Under the pieces are notes generated by a model. It did not search any database and had not been told where the DNA came from. It worked only from the letters and a program-made list of their open reading frames with translations. The position numbers were made by a program, and so were the translations under genes. 64,000 nucleotides of DNA, from the NCBI GenBank assembly GCA_964410185.1, contig CAYPFM010000004.1:4134-68133 (forward strand), in the 5' to 3' direction. Every line of letters begins with the position of its first letter. Position 1 is the stretch's first letter. The DNA comes from an uncultured Candidatus Saccharibacteria bacterium (GTDB lineage Bacteria; Patescibacteriota; Saccharimonadia; Saccharimonadales; JAUPVS01). Positions 37,661 through 47,371 of the stretch are shown here, in pieces.

Positions 37661-38959
37661 ATGATTATGCTTGAAAAACTGAAGCGTCTACAAAAGACAT
37701 CTAAAAAGGGCAACGAACAGTATATTGTTGGATTAGATATTGGGACCGAATACGTCAAAGCTCTGATAGGTTCACTGAACGGTGACAAGATTGAGATTAT
37801 TGGCGTGGGACGGGTACACCAAGAGCTCAACGATATGCAAGCCGGGGCAATTGCTGATATTACTGGAGTGGTTCGCAATTGTAACGAGGCTCTGAACATC
37901 GCCGAGAAGCAGGCCGGCACTACCGTTCGCACCGGTGTTATTGGGATTGCAGGAGAACTGGTAAAAGGCACCACGACGACCGTGCGGGCAAGTCGCAAAA
38001 ATGCTACCAAAGCCCTGGACGTACCAGAAATTGAGAAGATTATTGGTTTGGTCCAAAAACGTGCCGAAGATCGTGCTAAGCAACAACTGGCCTGGGAGCT
38101 CGGCGGAAAAGATGTTGAAGTCCGTTTAGTAAACAGCGCCTTAGTCGGCATCGAAATTGATGGCTATAAAGTGACCAACCCGATTGGCTTCCAAGGCAAA
38201 GACGTGGTCGTGCAATTATATACGGCTTTCGCACCACTCATCCACATTGGTGCCTTGGAGCGAACCGCCCAAGAGCTCGATCTGGACCTTTTGGCCGTAG
38301 CTGCCGAGCCGTTTGCGGTCTCGCGGGCAGTGATTGGTGATGATCCCAATGCCAACATGAGTGCCATACTGATGGACGTTGGTGGTGGTACAACTGACAT
38401 CGCTGTGATCAACGATGGTGGCGTACAAGGAACCAAGATGTTTGGCATCGGCGGGCGGGCGTATACTCGTTCGGTCGAGAAAGACCTGGAGGTTTCGTTT
38501 GCACAAGCCGAAGAGCTAAAGGTCGGCTTGCATACCAACAAGACGCCACAGCCAAAGGTGCCAGCCATCGAAAAAGCCCTCCAAAAAACGGCCGATGTCT
38601 GGATTAACGGCGTCGAATTAGCCCTGGCCGAATTTGATAAACTGGACCATCTGCCCAATCGAGTTCTATTATGCGGCGGTGGCTCTTCACTTGATGTATT
38701 GGTCGACACCCTAAATCAAAGCGACTGGTATGGGCAACTACCATTTACCCGCAAGCCGGTTGTCCAGTATATTAAACCAGAGCAAATCCAGGGTATTATT
38801 GATAAGACGGGTGATGCTGCCGATCATACCTTCGTCACTGCCATGGGCTTGTTGCGGGTTGGTGCCGACACCTTGCAACAGCAAGATGCGCCAGCTAGTT
38901 CTGGTGGCTCCCCAGGTGGGTCGGTTAAAGAGCGATTAAACAGGATGTTACAGGTATGA
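37661..38959 (+). CDS. ftsA: cell division protein FtsA (actin-like ATPase)
   Basis: It carries IVGLDIGTEYVKAL, DVGGGTTDIAV and LCGGGSSL. The C-terminal tail is amphipathic. Confidence 0.75.
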   Translation: MIMLEKLKRLQKTSKKGNEQYIVGLDIGTEYVKALIGSLNGDKIEIIGVGRVHQELNDMQAGAIADITGVVRNCNEALNIAEKQAGTTVRTGVIGIAGELVKGTTTTVRASRKNATKALDVPEIEKIIGLVQKRAEDRAKQQLAWELGGKDVEVRLVNSALVGIEIDGYKVTNPIGFQGKDVVVQLYTAFAPLIHIGALERTAQELDLDLLAVAAEPFAVSRAVIGDDPNANMSAILMDVGGGTTDIAVINDGGVQGTKMFGIGGRAYTRSVEKDLEVSFAQAEELKVGLHTNKTPQPKVPAIEKALQKTADVWINGVELALAEFDKLDHLPNRVLLCGGGSSLDVLVDTLNQSDWYGQLPFTRKPVVQYIKPEQIQGIIDKTGDAADHTFVTAMGLLRVGADTLQQQDAPASSGGSPGGSVKERLNRMLQV

Positions 38960-40653
38960 GCGAAGCCCAAAAAGACACCATTTACATTGATGTTGATGAC
39001 GAGATTACCGGCATTATCGACAAGGTAAATTCCAGCGATCACAAGATCGTTGCTTTGGTGCTGCCTAAACGCGCCACGGTTTTGCAAAGCATTGTTAATA
39101 TGAAGCTCCTCAAGCGGAACGCCGATAAGTCTAAAAAGAAGCTAGTCCTTATTACTTCCGAAGCTGGGCTATTGCCTTTAGCTGGCGCGGTTGGTTTGCA
39201 TGTTGCCAAAAACCTGCAGTCTAAGCCAGCTATTCCATCTGGTCCCGACACCAGTGACGATATTCCCGAATCATTAGTGAACGAAGAAGAATTAGAATCA
39301 GAAGACGATGAAGAACCGGAAATCGATGACAGTAAAGCCATCGGCGAGTTAGCTGGTGTGGCCGCCGTAGCGGCCGTTATGCCGGAAGCCGAGGAGACCA
39401 TTGACCTAGACAATAGCGATGAAGCCATTGCTGCCGAAGCTCCCGCCAAAGCCAGTAAAACTAAAACACCAAAGCCCAAGAAAGATAAGAAGCTCAAGGT
39501 GCCAAACTTTGAGCGCTTCCGCAAGTTGCTTATCTTTGGCGGTATTGCCCTCGTGGCGTTGCTCGTGGGCGGCTATTTTGCCATCATAAAGATGCCGAAG
39601 GCAAAGATCGTCATTACCACTGACACCTCTACGACGAATCCAACCATCACCTTTACAGCCAACACCAGCACCAAGACATTCGACGAAGCCGGCAAAGTGG
39701 TTCCAGCTGAACTAGCAACTGTTAAAAAGACCGATACTCAGACCGCACCGGCCACCGGACAGAAAAACAATGGCAATAAAGCAAGCGGCACAATTAGTAT
39801 GAGCGCCAAGGTCTGTAATAGTATTTCGGCTCCAAGCTCGGTGCCATCTGGTACAGGCGTCAGTGCTAATGGCCTGACCTATATCACCCAACAAGACGTG
39901 GCGTTTACTTTTGATAATATTTCTGGCGGCTGTATCAACTTTAAGTCAAATGGTACAACAATTACTGCCCAAAATGGTGGCGCCAACTACAATACGGCGT
40001 CGACGAGTTTTGCGGTAGCTGGGCGATCTGATGTTACTGCTAGTGGGAGCGCCAATGGTGGTACCGACAACATGGTTAAAGTTGTTTCACAGGCTGATGT
40101 TGATGCCGCTAAGGCAAAAATGAATAGTACCACTGCGACTGACGCGGCCAAAAATGAGCTCACGGCCAACCTCAAAAAAGATGGCATGATGGCCATTACT
40201 TCCAGCTTTGCAGTCGATGGACCGAACATTACCAGCACCCCAAAGGTGGGTGAACAGGGTGACTCGGTTAGCGTTGCTGGGGTTACCACGTATACGATGC
40301 TCGGTGTTAACGAGGCCAATCTGAACACCCTGGTCAACAATCAGCTCAAAGGCCAGATAGATGCCAGCAAACAGTCTGTGCAGGATAATGGCTTGAGCGG
40401 GGCTACCTACACAGTTAATGGCAAAGATAACCCACAAGTGAGCGTTCAGACGACGGCAACAATTGGTCCGAATCTTGATACGGAATCAATTAAAAAAGAG
40501 GTGGCCGGCAAGAAGAAGGGGCAAACTATCGACATTATCCAGGCCCGCCCATCAATCAAGAGCGTAACCGTCAGTTATAGTCCATTTTGGGTAAGTAAGA
40601 CGCCGACTGACCCCAAGAAAGTAACGATTACCTTTGACAAAGCTACAAAATAG
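38956..40653 (+). CDS. hypothetical bitopic membrane protein (cytoplasmic N-domain, acidic linker, one TM segment, Thr/Ser/Ala-rich ectodomain)
   Basis: Its start overlaps the ftsA stop (ATGA). The TM segment is LLIFGGIALVALLVGGYFAII. No family was recognised. Confidence 0.6.
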   Translation: MSEAQKDTIYIDVDDEITGIIDKVNSSDHKIVALVLPKRATVLQSIVNMKLLKRNADKSKKKLVLITSEAGLLPLAGAVGLHVAKNLQSKPAIPSGPDTSDDIPESLVNEEELESEDDEEPEIDDSKAIGELAGVAAVAAVMPEAEETIDLDNSDEAIAAEAPAKASKTKTPKPKKDKKLKVPNFERFRKLLIFGGIALVALLVGGYFAIIKMPKAKIVITTDTSTTNPTITFTANTSTKTFDEAGKVVPAELATVKKTDTQTAPATGQKNNGNKASGTISMSAKVCNSISAPSSVPSGTGVSANGLTYITQQDVAFTFDNISGGCINFKSNGTTITAQNGGANYNTASTSFAVAGRSDVTASGSANGGTDNMVKVVSQADVDAAKAKMNSTTATDAAKNELTANLKKDGMMAITSSFAVDGPNITSTPKVGEQGDSVSVAGVTTYTMLGVNEANLNTLVNNQLKGQIDASKQSVQDNGLSGATYTVNGKDNPQVSVQTTATIGPNLDTESIKKEVAGKKKGQTIDIIQARPSIKSVTVSYSPFWVSKTPTDPKKVTITFDKATK

Positions 40654-40654
40654 C

Positions 40655-41086
40655 ATGGCCAGTCAAAACCCTAACGCCCGTATTGTTGCCCTAGACATTG
40701 GCGCCAAGCGCATCGGTGTTGCGAGTGCCAATGTTGTGGCTCGTTTGGCTGCACCCTACAAGACCCTAGAAGTTACCGACGGTGTCGTTGAGGATATCCG
40801 GCAGATTCTGGCTGAGCAGACAGCGGTTGCCTTGGTCCTGGGGTTACCAAGAGGCATGCAAGGCCAGGACACGGAACAGACGCGGACCGTGGAGGAGTTT
40901 GGCAACAAACTCAAGCAGGCGGTTAGTGTCCCAATCTATTGGCAGGACGAAGCCATGACCTCTCGCCTATCCGAAGATAAACTCAAAGCAAATAAGAAAA
41001 CCTACCAAAAGGGTGAAATCGACGCCCTGGCAGCTACCTTAATTTTGGAAGACTTTTTGACGAATCACAGTGAGGAAATTCTGTGA
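40655..41086 (+). CDS. ruvX: YqgF/RuvX-family putative pre-16S rRNA nuclease / Holliday junction resolvase-like
   Basis: It carries ALDIGAKRIGVA. The start was chosen at MASQNP. Confidence 0.85.
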   Translation: MASQNPNARIVALDIGAKRIGVASANVVARLAAPYKTLEVTDGVVEDIRQILAEQTAVALVLGLPRGMQGQDTEQTRTVEEFGNKLKQAVSVPIYWQDEAMTSRLSEDKLKANKKTYQKGEIDALAATLILEDFLTNHSEEIL

Positions 41087-42126
41087 TGCGTAAAACAAGG
41101 AGCCACCGTAAACGCTGGCTGATTGGTGGCGCTATTGGCCTAGCCATTTTAGCCATCGTGGTTGGTGGTGTTGTTTGGTGGGTGCACGACTATTACCAGC
41201 GCAGCCTTAAACCGGTTAGCAGCAGTCAAACAGCGGTAGTTGTAACTATTCCGGAGGGCTCAACCGTTAACCAAATTGCCACAATCCTAGAGAAGAAGCA
41301 TTTAATTCGCAGTGCCAAGGTGTTTACGCAGTATGTGCGCACCCAAAACCAGCAAGAAAAGTTACAGGCCGGCACCTACTCCTTGCGACCGAGTCAGAGC
41401 GTAGCCCAAATTGTCGATATTATGAACGGAGGTGATGTTCTGAAAAAACTGTTCACAATTTTGCCCGGGCAACGCATCGATCAAATTAAGAGCGCTATGA
41501 TTAATGCTGGATTTGACGCCACAGAAGTAGAAGCAGCCTTTAATCCGGCTTTGTACAAGAACCATCCCGCATTGGTTGATAAGCCTGCCGAAGCCAGTCT
41601 AGAGGGCTATTTGTATCCTGATTCTTACCAAAAGATAGCCGAAACGAAGCCTCAGACGATTGTTCAGCAGTCACTTGATGAAATGCAGAAACATCTCACA
41701 CCCCAGATGCGAGATGCTTTTGTGGCTCAGGGCTTGACGGTGCATCAGGGGGTAACTCTCGCGTCTATTGTGGAGCAAGAGGTATCAAAACAAGCAGAGC
41801 GTACTCAAGCCGCCCAAGTGTTCCTTTTGCGCCAACGGAAAGGCATGCCGCTTGGTTCAGATGTTACTGCGTTCTATGGCTCTACACTGGCAGGAAAAGC
41901 ACCTTCGCTCAGTTATGACTCGCCATACAATACGTTAATTCATACTGGCTTTCCTCCAGGTCCAATTAGTAATGTGAGCGATTCATCCATGCAAGCGGTT
42001 GCGTTCCCAGCTAACACAGACTGGCTCTATTTTGTTGCTGGCGACGATGGTACTACACATTTTTCACACACCCTCGCCGAACACCAAAACCTGACAAAAC
42101 AGTACTGCAAAAAACTTTGCCAATAG
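41083..42126 (+). CDS. mltG: endolytic murein transglycosylase (YceG-like)
   Basis: It has an N-terminal TM segment and carries LEGYLYPDSY and LASIVEQE. Confidence 0.85.
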   Translation: MMRKTRSHRKRWLIGGAIGLAILAIVVGGVVWWVHDYYQRSLKPVSSSQTAVVVTIPEGSTVNQIATILEKKHLIRSAKVFTQYVRTQNQQEKLQAGTYSLRPSQSVAQIVDIMNGGDVLKKLFTILPGQRIDQIKSAMINAGFDATEVEAAFNPALYKNHPALVDKPAEASLEGYLYPDSYQKIAETKPQTIVQQSLDEMQKHLTPQMRDAFVAQGLTVHQGVTLASIVEQEVSKQAERTQAAQVFLLRQRKGMPLGSDVTAFYGSTLAGKAPSLSYDSPYNTLIHTGFPPGPISNVSDSSMQAVAFPANTDWLYFVAGDDGTTHFSHTLAEHQNLTKQYCKKLCQ

Positions 42127-42321
42127 CGTTCTAAAAATGGTAAAAACGACCAAAATTTGCTATAATGCTGCCTACAACTGTTTATGTGAATTATCACTGT
42201 AAACGGTTGTTTTATCTGGAGAATCTTTATTAGTAGCAATACAAACGTCTTAGTCCAAAAACGAGTTATTCGTTTTAGAGATTACTGGCGAATCAGTACC
42301 TACAAGCGACTGTTTAAGCAA

Positions 42322-43389
42322 TTGCCTAAACGGTCGCGTAAGCGTGCAGTTCGGTATGGTTTGCTAGCCGCTAACCTCTTGTTGTTGGCTGTCGTGGCTG
42401 GCTTTGTCATAACTGGTCGTCAGACCGTAAGTGGCGGCCGTGTTTCGAACCAAGCGGCCGCGGTTGGTAGCTCGTCAAGCACTGTTGTTAACCCGCTCGA
42501 CCAACTGTCGTCAGCCGATATTGCCGTGCACATTGCCCGGGCCGCCAATCTTGATGAGTCCCAAGCAGTTACCAACAAGGCCGATACCGTTAATGCGCAA
42601 CAAGTTGTGAGCTCGGCGAACCAGAGCGTCATCGCCAAGCCTCAGGTTGTCTCTGACGGCCTAAAGTCACGTAAGGATATCCAAACCTACACCGTGGTGG
42701 CCGGTGATACGGTTTCTAGCGTCGCCACCAAATTTGGCATTACTTCAGACACTATCCGCTGGTCTAATAACATTAGTGGTGAAAACCTGACTGTTGGCAG
42801 TCAGATCCTCATCTCTCCTGTTAACGGTATTGTTTACCAGGTCAAGGCAGGGGACACAGCTGATGCCCTCGCTTCAAAATATCACTCCAACGTTGATTTG
42901 CTGATCGCCATGAACGACGCCGAAATCGGTGGTTTGCCAGTCGGCCAGTATATTATCATTCCTGGCGGATCACCTGCCACCGTTACAACCGCTCGTCTGA
43001 CGCCAGCCAACACAGCCCTATCTGGTGGCTTTGCTTGGGGCGGTTATGCTGCCGTTTACGGAAGCAACGGTTATGATTATGGTTACTGTACTTGGTGGGC
43101 TGCTAACCGCCGCGCTCAAGTTGGTCGTCCGATTCCAAGCAACTTAGGGAATGCCAGCACCTGGAAGGTCTTGGCTCAACGAGCTGGCTTTGGTGTCGGC
43201 AATGCTCCTGCTGCCGGGGCGGTTATTTGGACGCCACCACGCGATTATTATGGTCACGTTGGCTTTGTTGAGGCTGTAAACGCCGACGGTAGTGTGACTG
43301 TTTCCGAAATGAACGTCTATGGATGGGGCCGCACAAACACCAAGACTTTGTCTCCAGCAGAAGCCGCAGCATACTCCTACATTTACTAG
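42322..43389 (+). CDS. LysM-repeat / CHAP-domain peptidoglycan hydrolase
   Basis: It has two LysM-like repeats (YTVVAGDTVSSVATKFGI and YQVKAGDTADALASKY). The CHAP-like C-terminus reads GYCTWWAANRR...GHVGFVEAV. The start is TTG and is uncertain. Confidence 0.75.
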   Translation: MPKRSRKRAVRYGLLAANLLLLAVVAGFVITGRQTVSGGRVSNQAAAVGSSSSTVVNPLDQLSSADIAVHIARAANLDESQAVTNKADTVNAQQVVSSANQSVIAKPQVVSDGLKSRKDIQTYTVVAGDTVSSVATKFGITSDTIRWSNNISGENLTVGSQILISPVNGIVYQVKAGDTADALASKYHSNVDLLIAMNDAEIGGLPVGQYIIIPGGSPATVTTARLTPANTALSGGFAWGGYAAVYGSNGYDYGYCTWWAANRRAQVGRPIPSNLGNASTWKVLAQRAGFGVGNAPAAGAVIWTPPRDYYGHVGFVEAVNADGSVTVSEMNVYGWGRTNTKTLSPAEAAAYSYIY

Positions 43390-43452
43390 CATCCTAGCAA
43401 GGTTCAAGTAAACCGCCTGGACACTTCCTCCTAACAGAGGTAGAATAAGCCT

Positions 43453-44718
43453 ATGTTTGTGGATAAAGTTTCGGTTTCAATTCAGGCTGGCGACGGCGGC
43501 GACGGCAAAGTCAATTTTCGCCACGAGAAATTCGTCGATCGTGGCGGTCCTGATGGCGGCGATGGCGGTCATGGCGCGAGCGTCATTTTTGAAGCCAGCC
43601 GAAATCAAAACACGCTCGCTACCTTTCGCTACCAAAAACAGATCAAGGCCGAAAACGGCATTAGCGGTGATAAGCGAAAACGCCATGGTGCCAATGGTAA
43701 GGACCTGATTGTGAAGGTGCCAGTTGGTACGGTAGTTACCAATGAAGAGGGCGAAGTGTTAGCCGACTTAACAGATGACGGACAGCAAGCCGTGATTGCC
43801 AAAGGTGGTCGTGGGGGCTTTGGGAACGCCCACTTTATTTCCTCTACTCGCCAGGCTCCCCGTGTAGCCGAAAAGGGTGAAAAAGGCGAGCAGCTCGAAG
43901 CCGAACTGGAGCTTAAAATGATTGCCGACGTTGGTTTGGTTGGACTGCCAAATGCGGGCAAGTCTACTTTTTTGGCCGCCGTTAGTCATGCCAAGCCAGA
44001 AATCGCCGACTATCCGTTTACGACTTTGCGCCCCAACTTAGGCATGGTCGAGGTTGATAAGTCACACAGCCTGTTAGTTGCCGACATCCCGGGATTGATC
44101 GAAGGCGCCAGTCAAGGAAAGGGCTTAGGTGACGAATTTTTGCGCCATGTGGAACGAACCAGCGTATTGTTGCACTTGATTGATAGCTACCAAGACGACG
44201 TAACGGCTGCTTACAAAACGATTCAGAATGAATTGAAAACCTATGCCGTCGACTTGACCAAGCGTCCGCAGATGGTGGTACTGTCAAAAATTGACGGCCA
44301 GACTGACGAAGCAATTGCCGAAAAAATGCAGGCGCTCCAGAAGGTCATCCCTAAAAACACCGAACTATTCGCAATTTCGGCTCAAAGCCACACCGGTGTT
44401 CAGGAACTGCTCTATGCCGTTCAGAAGATTGCCGTTAAGCAGCGAGCCGCCAATGCTAAAAAGGCCGCCAAGGTCCTGCCAGTTATTAAGCTAGAAAAAG
44501 AAGATGGTTGGCGTATTGAGAAGACAAAGAAGGGCTATCTTGTTTCTGGTCAAAAGATCGAGAGTTTTGCGGCTCGTACTGATTTTGGAAACACCTATGC
44601 CGTGGCTCGCCTCCGTGACATCTTTAAGAAGATGGGCATCACGAAGGAGCTTGGGCGTTTGGGCGCCGAACCAGGCGAGACAATTACCATTAACGGTAGC
44701 GAAAGCATCGAGTATTAA
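43453..44718 (+). CDS. obg: GTPase Obg/CgtA
   Basis: It has the Obg fold motif AGDGGDG and the G1 motif GLPNAGKST. Confidence 0.95.
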   Translation: MFVDKVSVSIQAGDGGDGKVNFRHEKFVDRGGPDGGDGGHGASVIFEASRNQNTLATFRYQKQIKAENGISGDKRKRHGANGKDLIVKVPVGTVVTNEEGEVLADLTDDGQQAVIAKGGRGGFGNAHFISSTRQAPRVAEKGEKGEQLEAELELKMIADVGLVGLPNAGKSTFLAAVSHAKPEIADYPFTTLRPNLGMVEVDKSHSLLVADIPGLIEGASQGKGLGDEFLRHVERTSVLLHLIDSYQDDVTAAYKTIQNELKTYAVDLTKRPQMVVLSKIDGQTDEAIAEKMQALQKVIPKNTELFAISAQSHTGVQELLYAVQKIAVKQRAANAKKAAKVLPVIKLEKEDGWRIEKTKKGYLVSGQKIESFAARTDFGNTYAVARLRDIFKKMGITKELGRLGAEPGETITINGSESIEY

Positions 44719-46163
44719 TGGCCGCCAGCCTATTTTTCTACGACCTCGAAACCAGCGGTATTAACCCGCGCAGCGCCCGAATCATGCAGTTTGCCGGCCA
44801 GCGCACCGACCTCAATCTCAAGCCAGTGGGCAAACCGGTCAACCTATTGATTAAGCTGACAGATGACGCGCTGCCCGAGCCAGACGCCATCATGGTTACT
44901 GGCATTACGCCGCAGCACACTCGGGCAGAAGGTATGACCGAGGCCGAATTCTTAAAAATATTTCACCAAGAAGTCTCAACACCGGGGACAATCTTTGTCG
45001 GCTTTAATACCATCCGTTTTGACGATGAATTTATGCGTTATCTGAATTACCGTAACTTCTATGATCCGTATGAATGGCAGTGGCAGGATGGCCGCGGTCG
45101 CTGGGATCTGCTAGACGTCGTGCGGTTGACCCGAGCTCTACGCCCAGAGGGCATCACCTGGCCCTTTAGTCCAGACGGTAAACCATCTAATCGGCTTGAG
45201 CTGCTGACGAGTGTCAATGGGCTTGAGCACGTGGGAGCCCATGACGCTTTGGCCGATGTGAAAGCGACGATTGCGGTGGCTCGGCTTATTCGCAATAAGC
45301 AAACCAAGCTGTTTGATTATCTGTTATCGATACGAAATAAAAAAGACGTCGCCGAGCTGGTAGAAAAGGGTCAACCGTTTGTCTACGCTTCCGGCAAGTA
45401 CTCGGCGGAGTTTGAAAAAACCACCGTTGTGACCAAGCTGGTTGATCATCCGGATCGACAGGGAGTGGCTGTTTTTGATTTACGTTTTGACCCGGCTGAC
45501 TACATTGATAAAACGGCAGTGGAACTGGCTGAGTTGTGGCGTTACAAAAAAGACCCGAGCGAGCCACGCCTACCAGTCAAGTTATTGTTGTACAACCGCT
45601 GCCCGGCGGTGGCGCCATTGGGTGTCTTAGATGAAGCCAGCCAGGAGCGACTAAAGCTAGACCTAAAAACCATCCAAGCCCATCACAATAAGCTGAAAGC
45701 AGCTAAGGACTTTGGCGCCAAGATTGTCGAAGCCATCGAGATACTGAACAAAGAACAACAAACGCGCTTAGTCACCAACGAATTAGATGTTGATGCGCAG
45801 TTGTATGACGGGTTTTTCAGTAAGCCTGATCAAACAGTGATGCGCGCGGTGCGGGCAGCGGAGCCAAGCGAAATTACGGAATTTGCCGATCGTTTTCAGG
45901 ATCCTCGCCTCAAAGCGCTCATCCCGCTCTATAAAGCTCGGAATTTCCCAAAATCATTGTCAGCCGAAGAACGAGAGCAATGGGAAGCCTATCGTCTTCA
46001 GGCGCTGGCCGGCAGTGGTAGTCAGAGTCGGCTCCACAAGTTCTTTGCACGACTCGAAGAGCTCATGGCTAACAAACACCTGAGCGAAGAAAAGCGCTAC
46101 CTGCTTGAAGAACTACGGCTCTACGGCGAGAGTATTATGCCTGATCCAGACTTCGCAAACTGA
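44718..46163 (+). CDS. sbcB: exodeoxyribonuclease I
   Basis: It carries FFYDLETSG and HDALADV (DEDDh). The length fits ExoI. Confidence 0.85.
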   Translation: MAASLFFYDLETSGINPRSARIMQFAGQRTDLNLKPVGKPVNLLIKLTDDALPEPDAIMVTGITPQHTRAEGMTEAEFLKIFHQEVSTPGTIFVGFNTIRFDDEFMRYLNYRNFYDPYEWQWQDGRGRWDLLDVVRLTRALRPEGITWPFSPDGKPSNRLELLTSVNGLEHVGAHDALADVKATIAVARLIRNKQTKLFDYLLSIRNKKDVAELVEKGQPFVYASGKYSAEFEKTTVVTKLVDHPDRQGVAVFDLRFDPADYIDKTAVELAELWRYKKDPSEPRLPVKLLLYNRCPAVAPLGVLDEASQERLKLDLKTIQAHHNKLKAAKDFGAKIVEAIEILNKEQQTRLVTNELDVDAQLYDGFFSKPDQTVMRAVRAAEPSEITEFADRFQDPRLKALIPLYKARNFPKSLSAEEREQWEAYRLQALAGSGSQSRLHKFFARLEELMANKHLSEEKRYLLEELRLYGESIMPDPDFAN

Positions 46164-46329
46164 TGAAGTCAAAGTGACGCTGCGTTTGCTGGGTCTGTTT
46201 TTCGGTGTGCCAACGGTACAGCTTATAGCCACCAAAAATGACCAGAGGAACCATAATCAGCTGAAACCAGCCGTAAGTAAGTTGAAAATGAGTACCTGGA
46301 ATCTGTCCCAGGACAATTAATTGCATCAT
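46135..46329 (-). CDS. possible 64-aa small membrane protein
   Basis: It reads MMQLIVLGQIPGTHFQLTYGWFQLIMVPLVIFGGYKLYRW... A TTGACT-16 nt-TAAAAT promoter-like motif lies upstream on the minus strand. It overlaps the sbcB 3' end by 29 nt. Confidence 0.35.
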   Translation of the reverse strand: MMQLIVLGQIPGTHFQLTYGWFQLIMVPLVIFGGYKLYRWHTEKQTQQTQRHFDFISLRSLDQA

Positions 46330-46471
46330 AGCCCGAACCCTGTTTAACCTTTGTACTAATTTTAAATCTATTTGCAAGAAAGTCAACTGTATTTTATAGA
46401 ACTTATGCTTTGAGAGACGCCTTGTATTTGCTATCATCACAGTAAGGTTGCATAAATACATAAGGAGTCAG

Positions 46472-47335
46472 ATGGCCGCACACAAACAAGGCTTACCACC
46501 AAGCCCACTTGAGGGGTATCCTGCTTACGGTGCGGTACACGACATACGACCAGCTGGCATCAGGGATTTTTTGTATGACTTTGGCAGAATCGCTGACGGA
46601 GTCTTTGCTGATGAGATCGAGCCGGCAGAGGTTAATCCCATCCCTGATTACACGAGTGACGAGGAATTTGACGACACCCCAATCTTGCTTGGTGATGATT
46701 CTGAGACAGAAGAGGCTGTAGAAACAGTTTCGCTTCAAATCATAGACCCCAACACACGCCTGCCACGAGTCATTGAAGCTAATGCGAACTATGACTCACG
46801 CCAGTATTACCGCGTTTTCGATCCAGAAAGCCTTGGTGTTAGTGTGGTTGAGATGGATCCTTCCCGCCGCGCGGCACAAGCGGTACGGGCGATATGGGAG
46901 AAGAACGACTTTGGCGCCGTTGAAAACGAGGCACGCAACGAAATCGATCGCATCCTGCCTGCAAATGTCGCGAAGCTTCGGTTTAACCGTGTTGAGGGGG
47001 TTGGTCGTCGGCTGGCAAACTACCCTAAAGATGATGTTCAGCAAAAGCTGGCGCTTATGCCTGATACCAATGAGTTTATAGAAACATATGATCTTATAGA
47101 GCGTGAAGCTGAGATAATTATCAGAGCAATTCGTAGTCGACTAAAGCAATTTGTCTATCCGTGGGACATTACGCCTCATCTAACATTTGCGGTTTTTCGT
47201 ACGGGCGCAGACCCAGATCAGATTAAGCACATCAAGTCGGTCACTAATAAGAGGCTGGCCGAGCAGCCAATGGTAGTACCACTTGGTGACCTGACCTTTC
47301 GGCACAAAATTGCTCGTAGCAAGAAGCGACGCTAG
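46472..47335 (+). CDS. hypothetical protein
   Basis: ATG at 46472 is preceded by aaggag. The N-terminal half is acidic. The C-terminal segment contains PHLTFAV (H-x-T). No family was confidently recognised. Confidence 0.55.
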   Translation: MAAHKQGLPPSPLEGYPAYGAVHDIRPAGIRDFLYDFGRIADGVFADEIEPAEVNPIPDYTSDEEFDDTPILLGDDSETEEAVETVSLQIIDPNTRLPRVIEANANYDSRQYYRVFDPESLGVSVVEMDPSRRAAQAVRAIWEKNDFGAVENEARNEIDRILPANVAKLRFNRVEGVGRRLANYPKDDVQQKLALMPDTNEFIETYDLIEREAEIIIRAIRSRLKQFVYPWDITPHLTFAVFRTGADPDQIKHIKSVTNKRLAEQPMVVPLGDLTFRHKIARSKKRR

Positions 47336-47371
47336 TAAAACTCCTTAAAAATCTGTATAATAAACCGACCT

